This document shows, piece after piece, positions 1 through 11,489 of a stretch of DNA of 40,544 nt. Each line of letters begins with the position of its first letter. Within the stretch, counting starts at the first letter, position 1. A program made the translations under genes and the position numbers. The notes beneath the pieces were generated by a model. The model searched no databases. It worked only from the letters and a program-made list of their open reading frames with translations, and had not been told where the DNA came from. The stretch spans positions 1 to 40,544 of the forward strand of contig CDRNVI010000213.1 in assembly GCA_977017575.1 (NCBI GenBank), in the 5' to 3' direction. Source of the stretch: Paramoeba atlantica. Its lineage: Eukaryota > Protista > Discosea.

Positions 1-2
1 AA

Positions 3-690
3 ATGGAAAACAAACTGACGATCGAAGATACTTGGGAGACTGAAGAATGTCTCCGTTTGATTCAGAAAGAGCAAAATGCTTCAAATAGAAGAAAAAAAGC
101 GAAAAAAATAGCAGGACCTGGTGGAAACAAACAAGACGAGATGACAATGCTGATGAATGAACAAATGGTTCATTGTGTTCTGGCACAAAGAATCCCAAAG
201 ACCCTCGAAAAATTGGTAAAAAACACTCTCATGAGTTTTTTTTTTTTCTAAAGATTCTTTTTTTCACTCACACACAAAATTCTTTTAGTGGAGGGGAAAA
301 GGTCGAAAACATTGGTGCTCTCGCCGGGTTTTCATTCAACATTTCCCTGAGGCCCTCTTTTTCTTTTTGGTCGATGATAACGTTACCAAAACCAAAACAA
401 ATCGAAAAACCGGGAAGAAAGAATTTTGGGGACAACTTGATCTCCCTTCACAAATCCGAAAGAAGTTGGGGGTCATTGCCTACCAGAAAATTTTTCGGGA
501 TGGGTCCACTGCAACAGTGACTGGCCCTGTGAAAATCAAATTTTCACAGGAAAAAAAATTGTTGTCGATTTCTTATGGCTATTTTCTTCGAAACCAAGAT
601 GGAAGGCCAGCAAGGGGGATGGCTGAAAACTGGAAACTCCCAGCAGTTGCCCCAGTTGTTGTTGTGAAAGAGGAGGCTCTCGACAAATAG
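3..690 (+). CDS. Hypothetical protein, probably 5'-truncated by the window edge; tentative exons 3..215 and 289..690
   Basis: ORF 3..251 has a TTG|GTAAAA donor at 215/216. A 73-nt T-rich intron ending TTTTAG at 288 joins in phase 0 to a frame that stays open to TAG at 690 and includes ORF 367..690. Composition is non-repetitive and coding-like. No family recognised. Confidence 0.4.
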
Positions 691-849
691 TGAAAAATAA
701 ATTATTTTTTTATCTGAGGCACCGCCTTTTTTTTTTTTTTTCTCTTGAGAAAAGACCAAAAAACAAAGCGGCTGCTTTGTTTTGTGACCCACTGAAGAAG
801 AAGAAAGGAGGAAAAGACAGGGTTGTGTGTTGTGTTGTGTTGTGTTCAA

Positions 850-1293
850 ATGGCTGAGAGAGGAGTCTCTGGAAAGAAACAGTTGGTGTGTAGTCATTTG
901 GTGCAGTTTTGTGTGAGAAGGAATGAGAAAAGTTCATGTGGAGTTTTCAGTTCAAAACAAGCCAAAAGTATTCATCAACGTTTACGCCATTATTGTCCAG
1001 ATGAATGTAAGAGGTGTCAAAAAGAACAAGGTTTGAATTCTTTTCCTCTTCTTCGATCTTCAGTTTCAGAGAGTAGTTGGGTGGGTGGGTTTAAAGTTTC
1101 TGTTTGTCTTTTTTCTTTTTGGTGGGTTTGAAAGTGTTGCTATTCTGAAAGAATTTGGTGTTTGGAATGAGAAAGAGCTGCTGCTGCTGTTGATCAAACT
1201 GCTGAGAGTATGATGGGTATGTGTTACGATCCTGTCGGCTCTTGTGTTTTCCATTTGGAGCCATTCTCACTCCCTCTTCTGCCAAACAACTGA
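850..1293 (+). CDS. Possible small Cys/His-rich protein; tentative exons 850..1030 and 1172..1293
   Basis: ATG at 850 gives MAERGVSGKKQLVCSHLVQFC...CGVFSSKQAKSIHQRLRHYCPDECKRCQKEQ, then an AG|GTTTG donor at 1030/1031. A downstream frame RAAAAVDQTAESMMGMCYDPVGSCVFHLEPF ends at TGA 1291-1293. The acceptor is uncertain. Confidence 0.25.
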
Positions 1294-2288
1294 TCTCTCT
1301 CTCCCTGTTCTCCCCGATTGACACTCTCTCTCTTCCCTCTCTTTTCCTTCTTCTCTTTTTTCTCTCTCTCTCTTCTTTCCCTTCCTCTTCTCTCATCCTT
1401 CCTCCCTCCTTCTCTCTCTTTCCTCTTTCCTTCCTTTCCCTTTTCTTTTTCCCCTTTTCTCACTTTTCCTCCCCTCTCTTTTCTCCTGTCTTTTTCCTTT
1501 TCTCCGTGCTTTTCAGGATGTTGATTCATGAATGATCCACCTGCATTCTATTGCAGTTATCTGCCACTAAAACGGGAGAGGAGAAGGAGAGGAAGAGTTA
1601 CATATAAAAAGACAGAGTTTGTTTTTTTTTGGGCTCTCTCTTCTTCTTATCTCTTTTTTCCTTTTGTTCTCTCTCTTGATTTGTTTGTTTCTTCCTTTCT
1701 TTCGCCTCTTCTTCTTCCGTCTCTTGGAGAGTCTTGTCCTTCTTCATTTGCACTTCTTCTGTCTTCTTCCCTCTCTCTCTCTCTCGTTTTTGTTTGTTTC
1801 TTCCCTTATTCCGTCTCTTCTTCCATCTTCTTGGGTCTCTTTCCTCTCTCTTTTCTCTCTTTCTCTTTTATTTCTTTTGTGTGTAGTCTCTTTTTGTTGA
1901 CAGACTTTTTCTCTCTTTTTCTCTCTTTTTGTGAAATTATTCAGGCTTTCTTTTGTGTGTTGTGAGTTGTGATTTAGGAGGAGTCTCTCTCCACATTTTC
2001 GTTTTCTTGTCTCTCTCTCTTCTACTGCTAGTTTTTTGTCCTCTTTTTTTGGAGAGAGTGTTTTTTTTTACCATTCTTTGTTGTTGTTGGATTTGTTGGG
2101 AGAGATCTTTCTTTTTTTGAGTTTTTTTGAGAAAAGGTTTTTATTTTCTTCTTTTTCTTGTTTTTGTGTGTGTGGTTATTGATTCTTTATTGTTCACAGA
2201 GATCTTCATCTATTTTATTGTGTTTTTGTTCTCTTTTCAAAAGTTGTTTCTTTTTTTTTTTGTTGTTGGGGGTTGGAAGTGAAAACAA

Positions 2289-4467
2289 ATGAGTGAAGGA
2301 AAAGGAGAGAAAAAGAGAGGAGGAATAGAGATTGTGAAAAGTGAGAAGAAGAAGGATAAACGAAAAACAAAAGAACAAACTAAGGATGATGATGAAAGTG
2401 AGAGTGGAGAAGAACAAGAAATAGAAGATCAAGAACAACAAAGAAAAGAGAGAGAAGAAGGAGAGAGAATAAAGAGAAGAAGAGAGAAAGAAGAAGAAGA
2501 AGAGAAAAAGAAAAGATTTGAATGTGGAATATGTTTGGAGTTAATGAGTTGGGAAAAAGAACCAAGGTTGTTACCTTGTTGTGGTCTTTCTTTTTGCTCT
2601 CTTTGTCTCAACAATCTCTTTTATCATCAAAACCCTTCTTCCTCTCCTCCTTCTTCTTCCCCTTCTTCTTCTTCTTCTTCTTCCTCTTCCTCTTCATGCT
2701 CATCTTCATTACAAACTGAAAAGAAGAAGAAAGGAGTGAAATGTCCAGTGTGTAGAGAAATGAACGAATGTGAAAGCATTGAAACACTTTCGATGAATTA
2801 TTTGATTCCAGAAACGATTGATGTTCTTCTTTCTTCAAATTTGATCTCTTTCTCCAATCAATCAAGTTTTTTTTCACTTTTCTTAATTTTTCTCTCTTTT
2901 CTTGTCAACCTTCCTTCTCTCTTGAATTGATGAAAAAGAAACCAAAATAGGAAATGGAGGAATGGAATGTGCCAATTTTGGAACGTGTGGAGAATGAACT
3001 CAAATGTATTGTTCCAAATGTGATATGTTTATTTGTGATTCTTGTGATCCATCTCACACTTCAAACATTTTCACTCGAAATCACAAACGATCTGAAAGAG
3101 ATGGTGTTGAGGGAGGTGGAAGAAGAAGATTGGAGGTGGGGGTGGTGGGATTAGAGAATTTGAAGAAGAGAGAATGTTCAAAACACCCATCTGAAACAAT
3201 CAGTGGATATTGTTTTCAATGTTCTTCTTTTGTTTGTATTCGTTGTATTCTTGAAATACATGATGATCACAATAAGAAAGTGAAATCGATTGAAGAAAGT
3301 ATTTTAGAGAAGAGAAATGAAGTTGTGAAGATAGGAGATAAATTGGAAAAAAGATTGATTGTGATTGAGGAAGAAAGAAAAAAGATTGAAGAAGAAATGA
3401 AAGAATTAGAAGAGAAATTAGAAAAGAAAAGAATTGAAAAGAAAGAAATAGAATTGGAGAAAGAAGATTTAAGAATCAGAAAAGATTCAATTATTCATTT
3501 ATCCAACACACCATCAACAACAACTGATGGTCTTTCTCTTTTTTTTGATGATCAACTTTTTTCAACTCTTCTTCAAACGGCTAAAGATATTGTTTTCGAA
3601 GGAGGAGTTGGGTTTCGAAAGAAAGGAGTGATTTGTTGTGATGGTGGTGGTGATTCTTTTCGTGTTGTTTCTTCTTTTCCTTTGAAGAATCGACCTTGGG
3701 GAATGAGTGTGAACAGTGATGGGAATATTTTTGTTTGTGAAGGTGATCGATTGAGAGTGAGAGATAAAGAAGGAAATGAGATGATTGAATCAACAATTCA
3801 GAAAACAATTGATTCACTTCAGTTGAAACCTATTGATGTTTCAATTGGATTGAATGATCAAATTGTTGTTCTTGATTGGTCTCAAGATTCTTTTCAAGTT
3901 GTAATCTTAAACGAAGAAGGAGAATTGATCAAATCTTTTGGATCAGATGGTGATGAAGATGGTCAGTTTGATGAACCAGGTGGTGTGGATGTGGATGAAA
4001 AAGGTCGAATTATTGTCGCTGATACTTTGAATGATCGAATTCAAGTGTTTGATAATGATGGATCTTTTCTTCGTTCTTTTGGTTTGAAAGGTTCTTCTGA
4101 AGGTCAATTCAATCAACCAAACGGTGTTGGAGTTGACAGAGATGGAAATATTGTTGTTTGTGATTCTGGGAATGACCGGATTCAAGTGATGGATATTGAA
4201 GGGAATTTTATTCGATGTTTTGGAAGAAAAGGTTCACATGATTCTCGAATCAATGGTCCACTAAGTGTTGATGTGGATGGAGAAGGTAGAATTGTTGTTT
4301 GTGAAGAAGTAAACAAAAGGGTGAGTGTGTTTGAGAAAGATGGAACATTTCTTTTTTCGTTTGGTAAAGGTTACATGGAGAACCCTACTAGGGTTGTTAT
4401 TGATTCATTTGGATCAATTCTTGTTTTAGATTTTGATACCTGGTCCATTGAATTATGGAACAACTAA
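2289..4467 (+). pseudogene. TRIM-NHL copy 1 (RING-Bbox1-Bbox2-coiled coil-NHL), exons 2289..2865 and 2951..4467, in-frame TGA in B-box1
   Basis: RING CGIC...PCCGLSFCSLC...CPVC; 85-nt phase-1 GT..TAG intron 2866..2950; B-box2 CSKH...CFQC...CIRC...HDDH; NHL repeats. Codon 2995-2997 is TGA where paralogs have CAA or CGA. Confidence 0.85.
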
Positions 4468-5572
4468 TTTGTTTTTTGTTGAATTTATTTTCTCTTTTGG
4501 TTTTGTTGTGCTTTTTTTGGTGGTTTTTTTTTTTGAGAAAATCACTGATGATTTTTTTTGTTTGTTGTTGAATTCTCACTTTGGGACCTCTCTTTCTGTT
4601 CTCTTCTCTTTTGTGTTGAGATGATCAACTTCAAAGAATTTTTTTTTGTGTGAAAAAAAAACAGACTTTCTCCTCAAATCCTCTCTTTTGTGATTGTGTT
4701 AGATTCTGTCTTCTTCTCTTCTCTGTTTTGCAAATTTTGTGTTTTTGTAGACTTTTTGTTGAATGAAGATCCTCAATGCTTTTTTAATGAGAGAAAAATG
4801 GAAAAAAGAAAGGAAAGAATTGAAAAGAAATTTGAATCATTTAATCAACCAAAAAAAACCAAAGTATTATTCCACAAAAAGGATGAAGAACTGAGAAATC
4901 CACCCAAAAATCAAAACAAATGAAAGAAAGAGAAACAGAAAGGAGTGAAGTGAGGAGAGGGAAGAGGCATTTGGAACAAAAAAAAAAACAAAAAACATCG
5001 AAAAGAAAAGGAGAAAGAAGACAGAATTTCACAACACAACACAACACAAGAGAAAGGAAGGAGAGAGAGGAGGTCTTTTTTTTACACAAAAGAGCCAATA
5101 AAGTTGATCCATCTAACGCACACAAAACAAAACATAAAGAGAGGAGAAGACTCATAGGAAGATCTATTTTTCTGTTCACACAAACAAAAAAAAGATCAGA
5201 AGTAAATTCTCAAAAAAAAAATTAAAAAGAAAAAAAATAAAAACAAATCAAGAAAACAAAGCAAAGAGGAAAAAAATACCTCCAAAATTTGAAGAGAAAA
5301 CAAAATAGGAAAAAAGAGAGAACATCCACAACATAATACAACACACAAAGAAAAGTATCGAATCGAAATTGAAGAAGATGTGTTGGGAACAAAAAGAGCG
5401 CCCAGAGACTAAAAGGAAGAGGAGGAGAGGAATAAAATAATTGAAAAAAAAAACAAATGAAATCAAGAAAAAGAAAAAAGAAAGAAGAAAAAACAAAGTC
5501 CCAGTGAAAAAAAAAATAAAAATCAAGAGAAAAGAAAATGAAAAAAAAACAAACCCTTTCTTCCTCCTCTCT

Positions 5573-5737
5573 TCAAAACGATTTCCACAATTCAATTGAC
5601 TTCTTCTCCCAATCAGAAACAATAATTGTTCCAAATGAATCAATAACAACCCCAAAAGGATCTTCCATGCGATGTTTACCAAACGAAAAGAGAAATGTTC
5701 CATCTTTCTCAAACACACTCACTCTTTTGTTTACTCT
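5573..5737 (-). pseudogene. Isolated 3' remnant of a TRIM-NHL gene (last NHL blade only)
   Basis: Reads VNKRVSVFEKDGTFLFSFGKHRMEDPFGVVIDSFGTIIVSDWEKKSIELWKSF*. Homology stops upstream at a (GA)n run. The usual family 3' flank follows. Confidence 0.85.
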
Positions 5738-6090
5738 CTCTCTCTTCCAACGAGTGTTGAACGAACCTTTGTGACCCCTCTTTCTTCTTTTTTCTTTTTC
5801 TTTGTGTGTTTTTTGGTTTGTTTCTTTTTCCCTTCCTTTCCTTTTCCATTCTTCTTTCATCCCCCTTTTTTATTTTCTTCTTTTTCTCACCCCTTTTGAC
5901 AATTTCATTTCTTTGATTTGGACACTAAAAATGATATTAACACAGAGCAACCAATTCTCTTATTTAAAAAGAGAACTCTCTTGATACACACACACACACA
6001 TTTGAACTTCTTGACAACTCTCATTTAATATTTTCGTCGAAAAAGGTGTTGTTTTGATTTGGGGAGAGAGAGATTAAAAAAGAAGATAAA

Positions 6091-8328
6091 ATGAGTGATC
6101 AAAGAGGAAAGAGAAAGAGAGAAGTGGTGAGAAGTGGGAGTGAGGAGGAGGGGAAAAAATTAAAAAGAGGAAAGAAAGAACAAAGTAATCTTGATGTTGT
6201 TGTGGTTGGGGAGAATGATGAAAAAGAACAAATAGAAAGAAGAAGAAGTGAGGATGTTCTTGGAAAGAGAGAACAACAAGTGGGACAAAATGAAGGAGAA
6301 GAAGAAGGAAAAAGAGAAAGAGAAGAAGTGGTGATGAAGAGAAGAAGAAAGGAAGAAGAGAAAAAGAAAAGATTTGAATGTGGAATCTGTTTGGAGTTGA
6401 TGAATTGGGAAAAAGAACCAAGGTTGTTACCTTGTTGTGGTCTTTCTTTTTGTTTTCCTTGTCTCAACAATCTTTTTCTTCTTCAAAATCCTTCCTCTTC
6501 TTCTTCTTCCTCTTCCTCTTCTTCTTCCTCTATGAAAGGAGTGAAATGTCCAGTGTGTCGAGAAATGAACGAATGTGAAAGTGTTGAAACACTTTCGATG
6601 AATTATTTGATTCCAGAAACGATTGATGTTCTTCTTTCTTCAAATTTGATCTCTTTCTCCAATCAATCAGGTTTTTATTTCCATTTTTTGAACTTCCTCT
6701 CTTTCTTTCCTCTCTTTTCTTTCTTTCTTTCCTCTTTTTTTGAAAAAAAGCTCTTTCAAATTGTTGAAAACCTTTTTTTTTTTGAACAGGAAATGGTGGA
6801 TCAGAATGTGTGAATTTCGAAATGTGTGGAGAACAAACTCAAATGTATTGTTCTGATTGCAACATGTTTATTTGTGATTCTTGTGATCCATCTCACACTT
6901 CAACTATTTTCTCTCGAAATCACAAACAATCTGAAAGAGATGGTGTCGAGGGAGGTGGAAGAAGAAGAAGATTGGAAGAGGAGGGGGTGGTGAGAGTGGG
7001 ATTGGAGAATTTGAAGAAGAGAGAATGTTCAAAACACCCATCTGAAACAATTTGTGGATATTGTTTTCAATGTTCTTCTTTTGTTTGTACTCGTTGTATT
7101 CTTGAAACACATGATGATCACAATAAGAAAGTGAAATCGATTGAAGAAAGTATTTTGGAGAAGAGAAATGAAGTTGTGAGGATTGGAGATAGATTGGAGA
7201 AAAGATTGATTTTGATTGAAAAAGAAAGAAAAAGGATTGAAAAAGAAATGAAAGAATTAGAAGAGAAATTAGAAAAGAAAAGAATTGAAAAGAAAGAAAT
7301 AGAATTGGAGAAAGAAGATTTGAGAATCAGAAAAGATTCAATTATTCGTTTATCCAACACAACAACAACAACAACAACAACTGATTGTGATGTTTCTCTC
7401 TTTTTTGATGATCAACTTTTTTCAACTCTTCTTCAAACTGCAAATGATATTGTTTCTGAAGGAGGGATTGTTGGATTTGGAAAGAAAGGAGTGATTTGTT
7501 GTGATGGTGGTGGTGATTCTTTTCGTTTTGTTTCTTCTTTTCCTTTGAAGAATCAACCTCATGGAGTGAGTGTGAACAGTGATGGGAATATTTTTGTTTG
7601 TGAAGATGATCGATTGAGAGTGATAGATAAAGAAGGAAATGAGATGATTGAATCAACAATTCAGAAAACAATTGATTCACTTCAGTTGGATCCTGTTGAT
7701 GTTTCAATTGGATTGAATGATCAAATTGTTGTTCTTGATTGGTCTCAAGATTCTCATAGAGTTGTAGTCCTACGCAAAGAAGGAGAATTGATCAAATCTT
7801 TTGGATCAGATGGTGATGAAGATGGTCAGTTTAATGAACCATGGGGTGTGGATGTGGATGAAGAAGGTCGAATTATTGTCGCTGATACTTACAACCACCG
7901 AATTCAAGTGTTTGATAATGATGGATCTTTTCTTCGTTCTTTTGGTTCATTTGGTTCTTCTGAAGGTCAATTTAATGAACCTTATTGTGGTGTAGTTGAT
8001 GGAGATGGGAATATTGTTTATTTGTGATGGTTGGAATCATCGGATTCAAGTGATGGATATTGAAGGGAATTTTATTCGATGTTTTGGAACATATGGTTCA
8101 GATGATTCTCAATTCGATTGTCCAAGAGGTGTTGATGTGGATGGGGAAGGTAGAATTGTTGTTTGTGATCGAGGAAATGAAAAAGTGAGTGTGTTTGAGA
8201 AAGATGGAACATTTCTTTTTTCGTTTGGTCAACATCACATGAAGTGTCCGACTGGGATTGTTGTTGATTCATTTGGAACAATGATTGTTTCTGATTGGAA
8301 GAAAAAGTCAATTGAATTGTGGAAATAA
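6091..8328 (+). pseudogene. TRIM-NHL copy 2, exons 6091..6670 and 6790..8328, +1 frameshift near 8018 (real or a sequencing indel)
   Basis: All domains present; 119-nt phase-1 intron 6671..6789. GTTTATTTGT at 8016-8025 carries one extra T versus GTTATTTGT in paralogs, splitting ORFs 6810..8027 and 7996..8328. Confidence 0.8.
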
Positions 8329-8699
8329 TTTTTTGAAGAGAGGGGGAGGAAAGAGGGTTCATTTTTTTTTCATTTTCTTTTCTCTTTATTTTGTTTTTTC
8401 TTTTTTTCTTTTTTTCTTTTTTTCTTTTTGATTTGTTTTATTTTTTGTGTCAATTTATTATTTTTGTTCTTTTTTTTGTTTTCCTTTTTTCTGTTTTTGG
8501 AAGAAATTAATTTCTCTTTCCCCTTCCTCTCCTCCCTTCCTCCTTTTAGTCTGGAGAACTGCATGGTCTTCTTCTTTCCAAATCAGGATTCTTCTTCAAT
8601 TTCGATTCGATTTTTATCCTTCTTCAAAACCTTTTCGCAATTTTTGCTTCTCCTCTCTCTTTTGTGTTTTTTTGTTGTGTGTTGAGTTAGTGAAATTCT

Positions 8700-8995
8700 T
8701 CCCCCTTCCTCCACCATCTCCTCCTCTTCCTCTTCCTCTTTCTCTCTCACTTCTTTCCCTTCCTCTCCTCCTCCACCACCCTCTTCCTCCCCTCTTTCTT
8801 TTCACCCCCTTCTTCCTCTTCCTCCACTCCTCCCTCTTCTTCTTCTGCCCCTTCAATCCCAAATCCCACCCTCTCTCCTTTCCCCCTCCCCCCTCCATCC
8901 TCCACATCCCCCCCTCCAATCCCCTTCCCCCTCTCCTCTCTTCATACCTTCCCCCCTTTCCAACTCCACTTCCACACCACCCTTGATACTGATAC
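8700..8995. repeat. C-rich pyrimidine block (G-rich on minus strand), paralogous to 15780..16045
   Basis: Almost purely C/T with many C4-C7 runs. Shares unique anchors such as AATCCCAAATCCCACCCTCTCTCCTTTCCCC with the block downstream of copy 4. Confidence 0.8.
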
Positions 8996-9124
8996 CTCCA
9001 CTCTCTCTTTTTTTTTTAATTTTTTCTTTTTTTTTTGTTTTCTACAATTGTTCTCTCTTCTTTTTTTTGTTTCCTTTTGTCTGTTCTTTTTGTTGAATGA
9101 ATTTCAATACAAACTCAACATTCT

Positions 9125-9345
9125 TCAAAACTTAAAAACAACTTTTTTGGGGGGGGGGAAGAAGGAATTAATATTTTGGTTGATCAAATGAGAGAAACAC
9201 AATTTTTGGAAAAAAGAAATTTTTTTTTTGACAAAGAATTTATTCAGAAAAAACAAAGGAAAAGAAAAAAGGAAAGGAGAAAGAGATATGCTCGGTTTCG
9301 GAGAAAGCTTCATCCCACGGTTTCGTGAACAAGTCAAAAAATCAT
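9125..9345 (-). mobile_element. Short remnant homologous to parts of the retroelement-like fragment at 16061..16910
   Basis: Reverse complement contains CACGAAACCGTGGGATGAAGCTTT...GCATATC...AATTCTTT (compare 16272-16370) and CCCCCCAAAAAAGTTGTTTTTAAGTTT (compare 16867-16910). Encodes TKPWDEAF versus TKVWDEAF. Confidence 0.45.
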
Positions 9346-9526
9346 TCGAAATCAAGAAAAGTTTGCGAAGAAGGATGAAATTCGAATTGAAGAGAAAAGA
9401 TGAAGACCACCAGACTAAAAAAGAGAGAATTAATTAATTTCTTCCAAAAACAGAAAAAAATGAAAATAAAATAAACCCTTTCCTGCTCTCTTTAAAATAA
9501 TAAAAAAAACCTTCCTCTTCAAACAT

Positions 9527-11489
9527 TTAGGTGTTCCACAATTTAATGGACTCTTTCTCATAATCTGAAACAATAATTGTTCCAAATGAATCAATAACAA
9601 TCCCATTTGGTTCTTTCATGGAACCTTTACCAAAAGAAAAAAGAAATGTTCCATCTTTCTCAAACACACTCACTCTTTCATTTCCTCGATCACAAACAAC
9701 AATTCTACCTTCCCCATCAACATCAACACCTTCTGGACTATCGAATTGAGAATCACCTGAACCTTTTGTTCCAAAACATCGAATAAAATTCCCTTCAATA
9801 TCCATCACTTGAATCCGATGATTCGAACAGTCAGAAATAACAATATTCCCATCTCTATCAACTACAACACGATAAGGTCCATTAAATTGACCATCAGAAG
9901 AACCTTTTGAACCAAAAGAACGAAGAAAAGATCCATCATTATCAAACACTTGAATTCGATGATTGAAAGTATCACAAACAATAATTCGACCTTCTTCATC
10001 CACATCCACACCACGTGGCCCATCAAACTGACAAATAAAAATATTCCCATCACTGTTCACACTCACTCCCAAAGGTTGATTCTTCAAAGGAAAAGAAGAA
10101 ACAAAACGAAAAGAATCACCACCACCATCACAACAAATCACTCCTTTCTTTGGTTTGAGTAATCCAACAACACCTCCTTCAAAAACAATATCATTTGCAA
10201 TTTGAAGAAGAGTTGAAAAAAGTTGATCATCAAAAAAGAGAGAAACATCACAATCAGTTGTTGTTGTTGTTGTTGTTGTTGGTGTGTTGGATAAACGAAT
10301 AATTGAATCTTTTCTTATTCTCAAATCTTCTTTCTCTAATTCTATTTCTTTCTTTTCAATTCTTTTCTTTTCTAATTTCTCTTCTAATTCTTTCATTTCT
10401 TCTTCAATTCTTTTTCTTTTCCTTTCAATAAAAATCAACCTTCTCTCCAATTTATCTCCAATCTTTACAACTTCATTCTTTTTCTCTAAAATACTTTCTT
10501 CAATTGATTTCACTTTCTTTCTGTGATCATCATGTGTACCGAGAATACAACGAGTACAAACAAAAGAAGAACATTGAAAACAATATCCACAAATTGTTTC
10601 AGATGGGTGTTTTGAACATTCTCTCTTCTTCAAATTCTCCAATCCCATTACCCCCTCCTCCAATCTTCTTCTTCCATCTCTTTCAGATCGTTTGTGATTT
10701 CGAGTGAAGATAGTTGAAGTGTGAGATGGATCACAAGAATCACAAATAAACATGTCGCATTTGGAACAAAACATTCGAGTTTGTTCTCCACATGTTTCGA
10801 AATTGGCACATTCCATTCCTCCATCTCCTATTTTGGTTTCTTTTTCATCAACTCAAGAGAGAAGGAAGGTTGAAAAGAAAAGAGAGAAAAATTAAGAAAA
10901 GTGAAAAAAAACTTGATTGATTGGAGAAAGAGATCAAATTCGAAGAAAGAAGAACATCAATCGTTTCTGGAATCAAATAATTCATCGAAAGTGTTTCAAC
11001 ACTTTCACATTCGTTCATTTCGCAACAAACTGGACATTTCACTCCTTTTAAAGAGGGTGAAGAAGAAGGGGGAGATGGGGAAGAAGAAGAGGAAGATGAG
11101 GAAGAGGGGGAAGGAGGATTTTGAAGAAGAAAGAGTTTGGTAAGACAAAGAGAGCAAAAAGAAAGACCACAACAAGGTAACAACCTTGGTTCTTTTTCCC
11201 AATTCATTAACTCCAAACATATTCCACATTCAAATCTTTTCTTTTTCTCTTCTTCTTCTTTCTCTCTCCTTCTCTTTTTTCTTTTTTCTCTCTCTTGTTC
11301 TCCTTCTCCTCCCTCTTGTTTTCCTTCTCTCTCTTTTCTTTGTTGTTCTTGATCTTCTATTTCTTGTTTTTCTCCAACACCACTTTCATCATCCTTAGTT
11401 TGTTCTTTTGTTTTTCGTTTATCCTTCTTCTTCTCACTTTTCACAATCTCTATTCCTCCTCTCTTTTTCTCTCCTTTTCCTTCCCTCAT
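9527..11489 (-). CDS. TRIM-NHL copy 3, exons 11489..10913 and 10827..9527, 625 aa, in-frame deletion of about 75 codons in the NHL propeller
   Basis: Open after removing the 85-nt intron 10828..10912. GNIFIC is joined directly to QFDGPRGVDVD; paralogs carry about 75 extra residues between these. Exon 1 and upstream flank are close inverted paralogs of copy 1. Confidence 0.8.

Noticed and set aside
2995-2997. TGA in copy 1 as recoded Trp/Sec or evidence for an alternative genetic code
   Set aside because: Paralogs have CAA or CGA here, so a single CGA to TGA change explains it. TGA terminates other copies (for example at 15426) and Trp is encoded by TGG.
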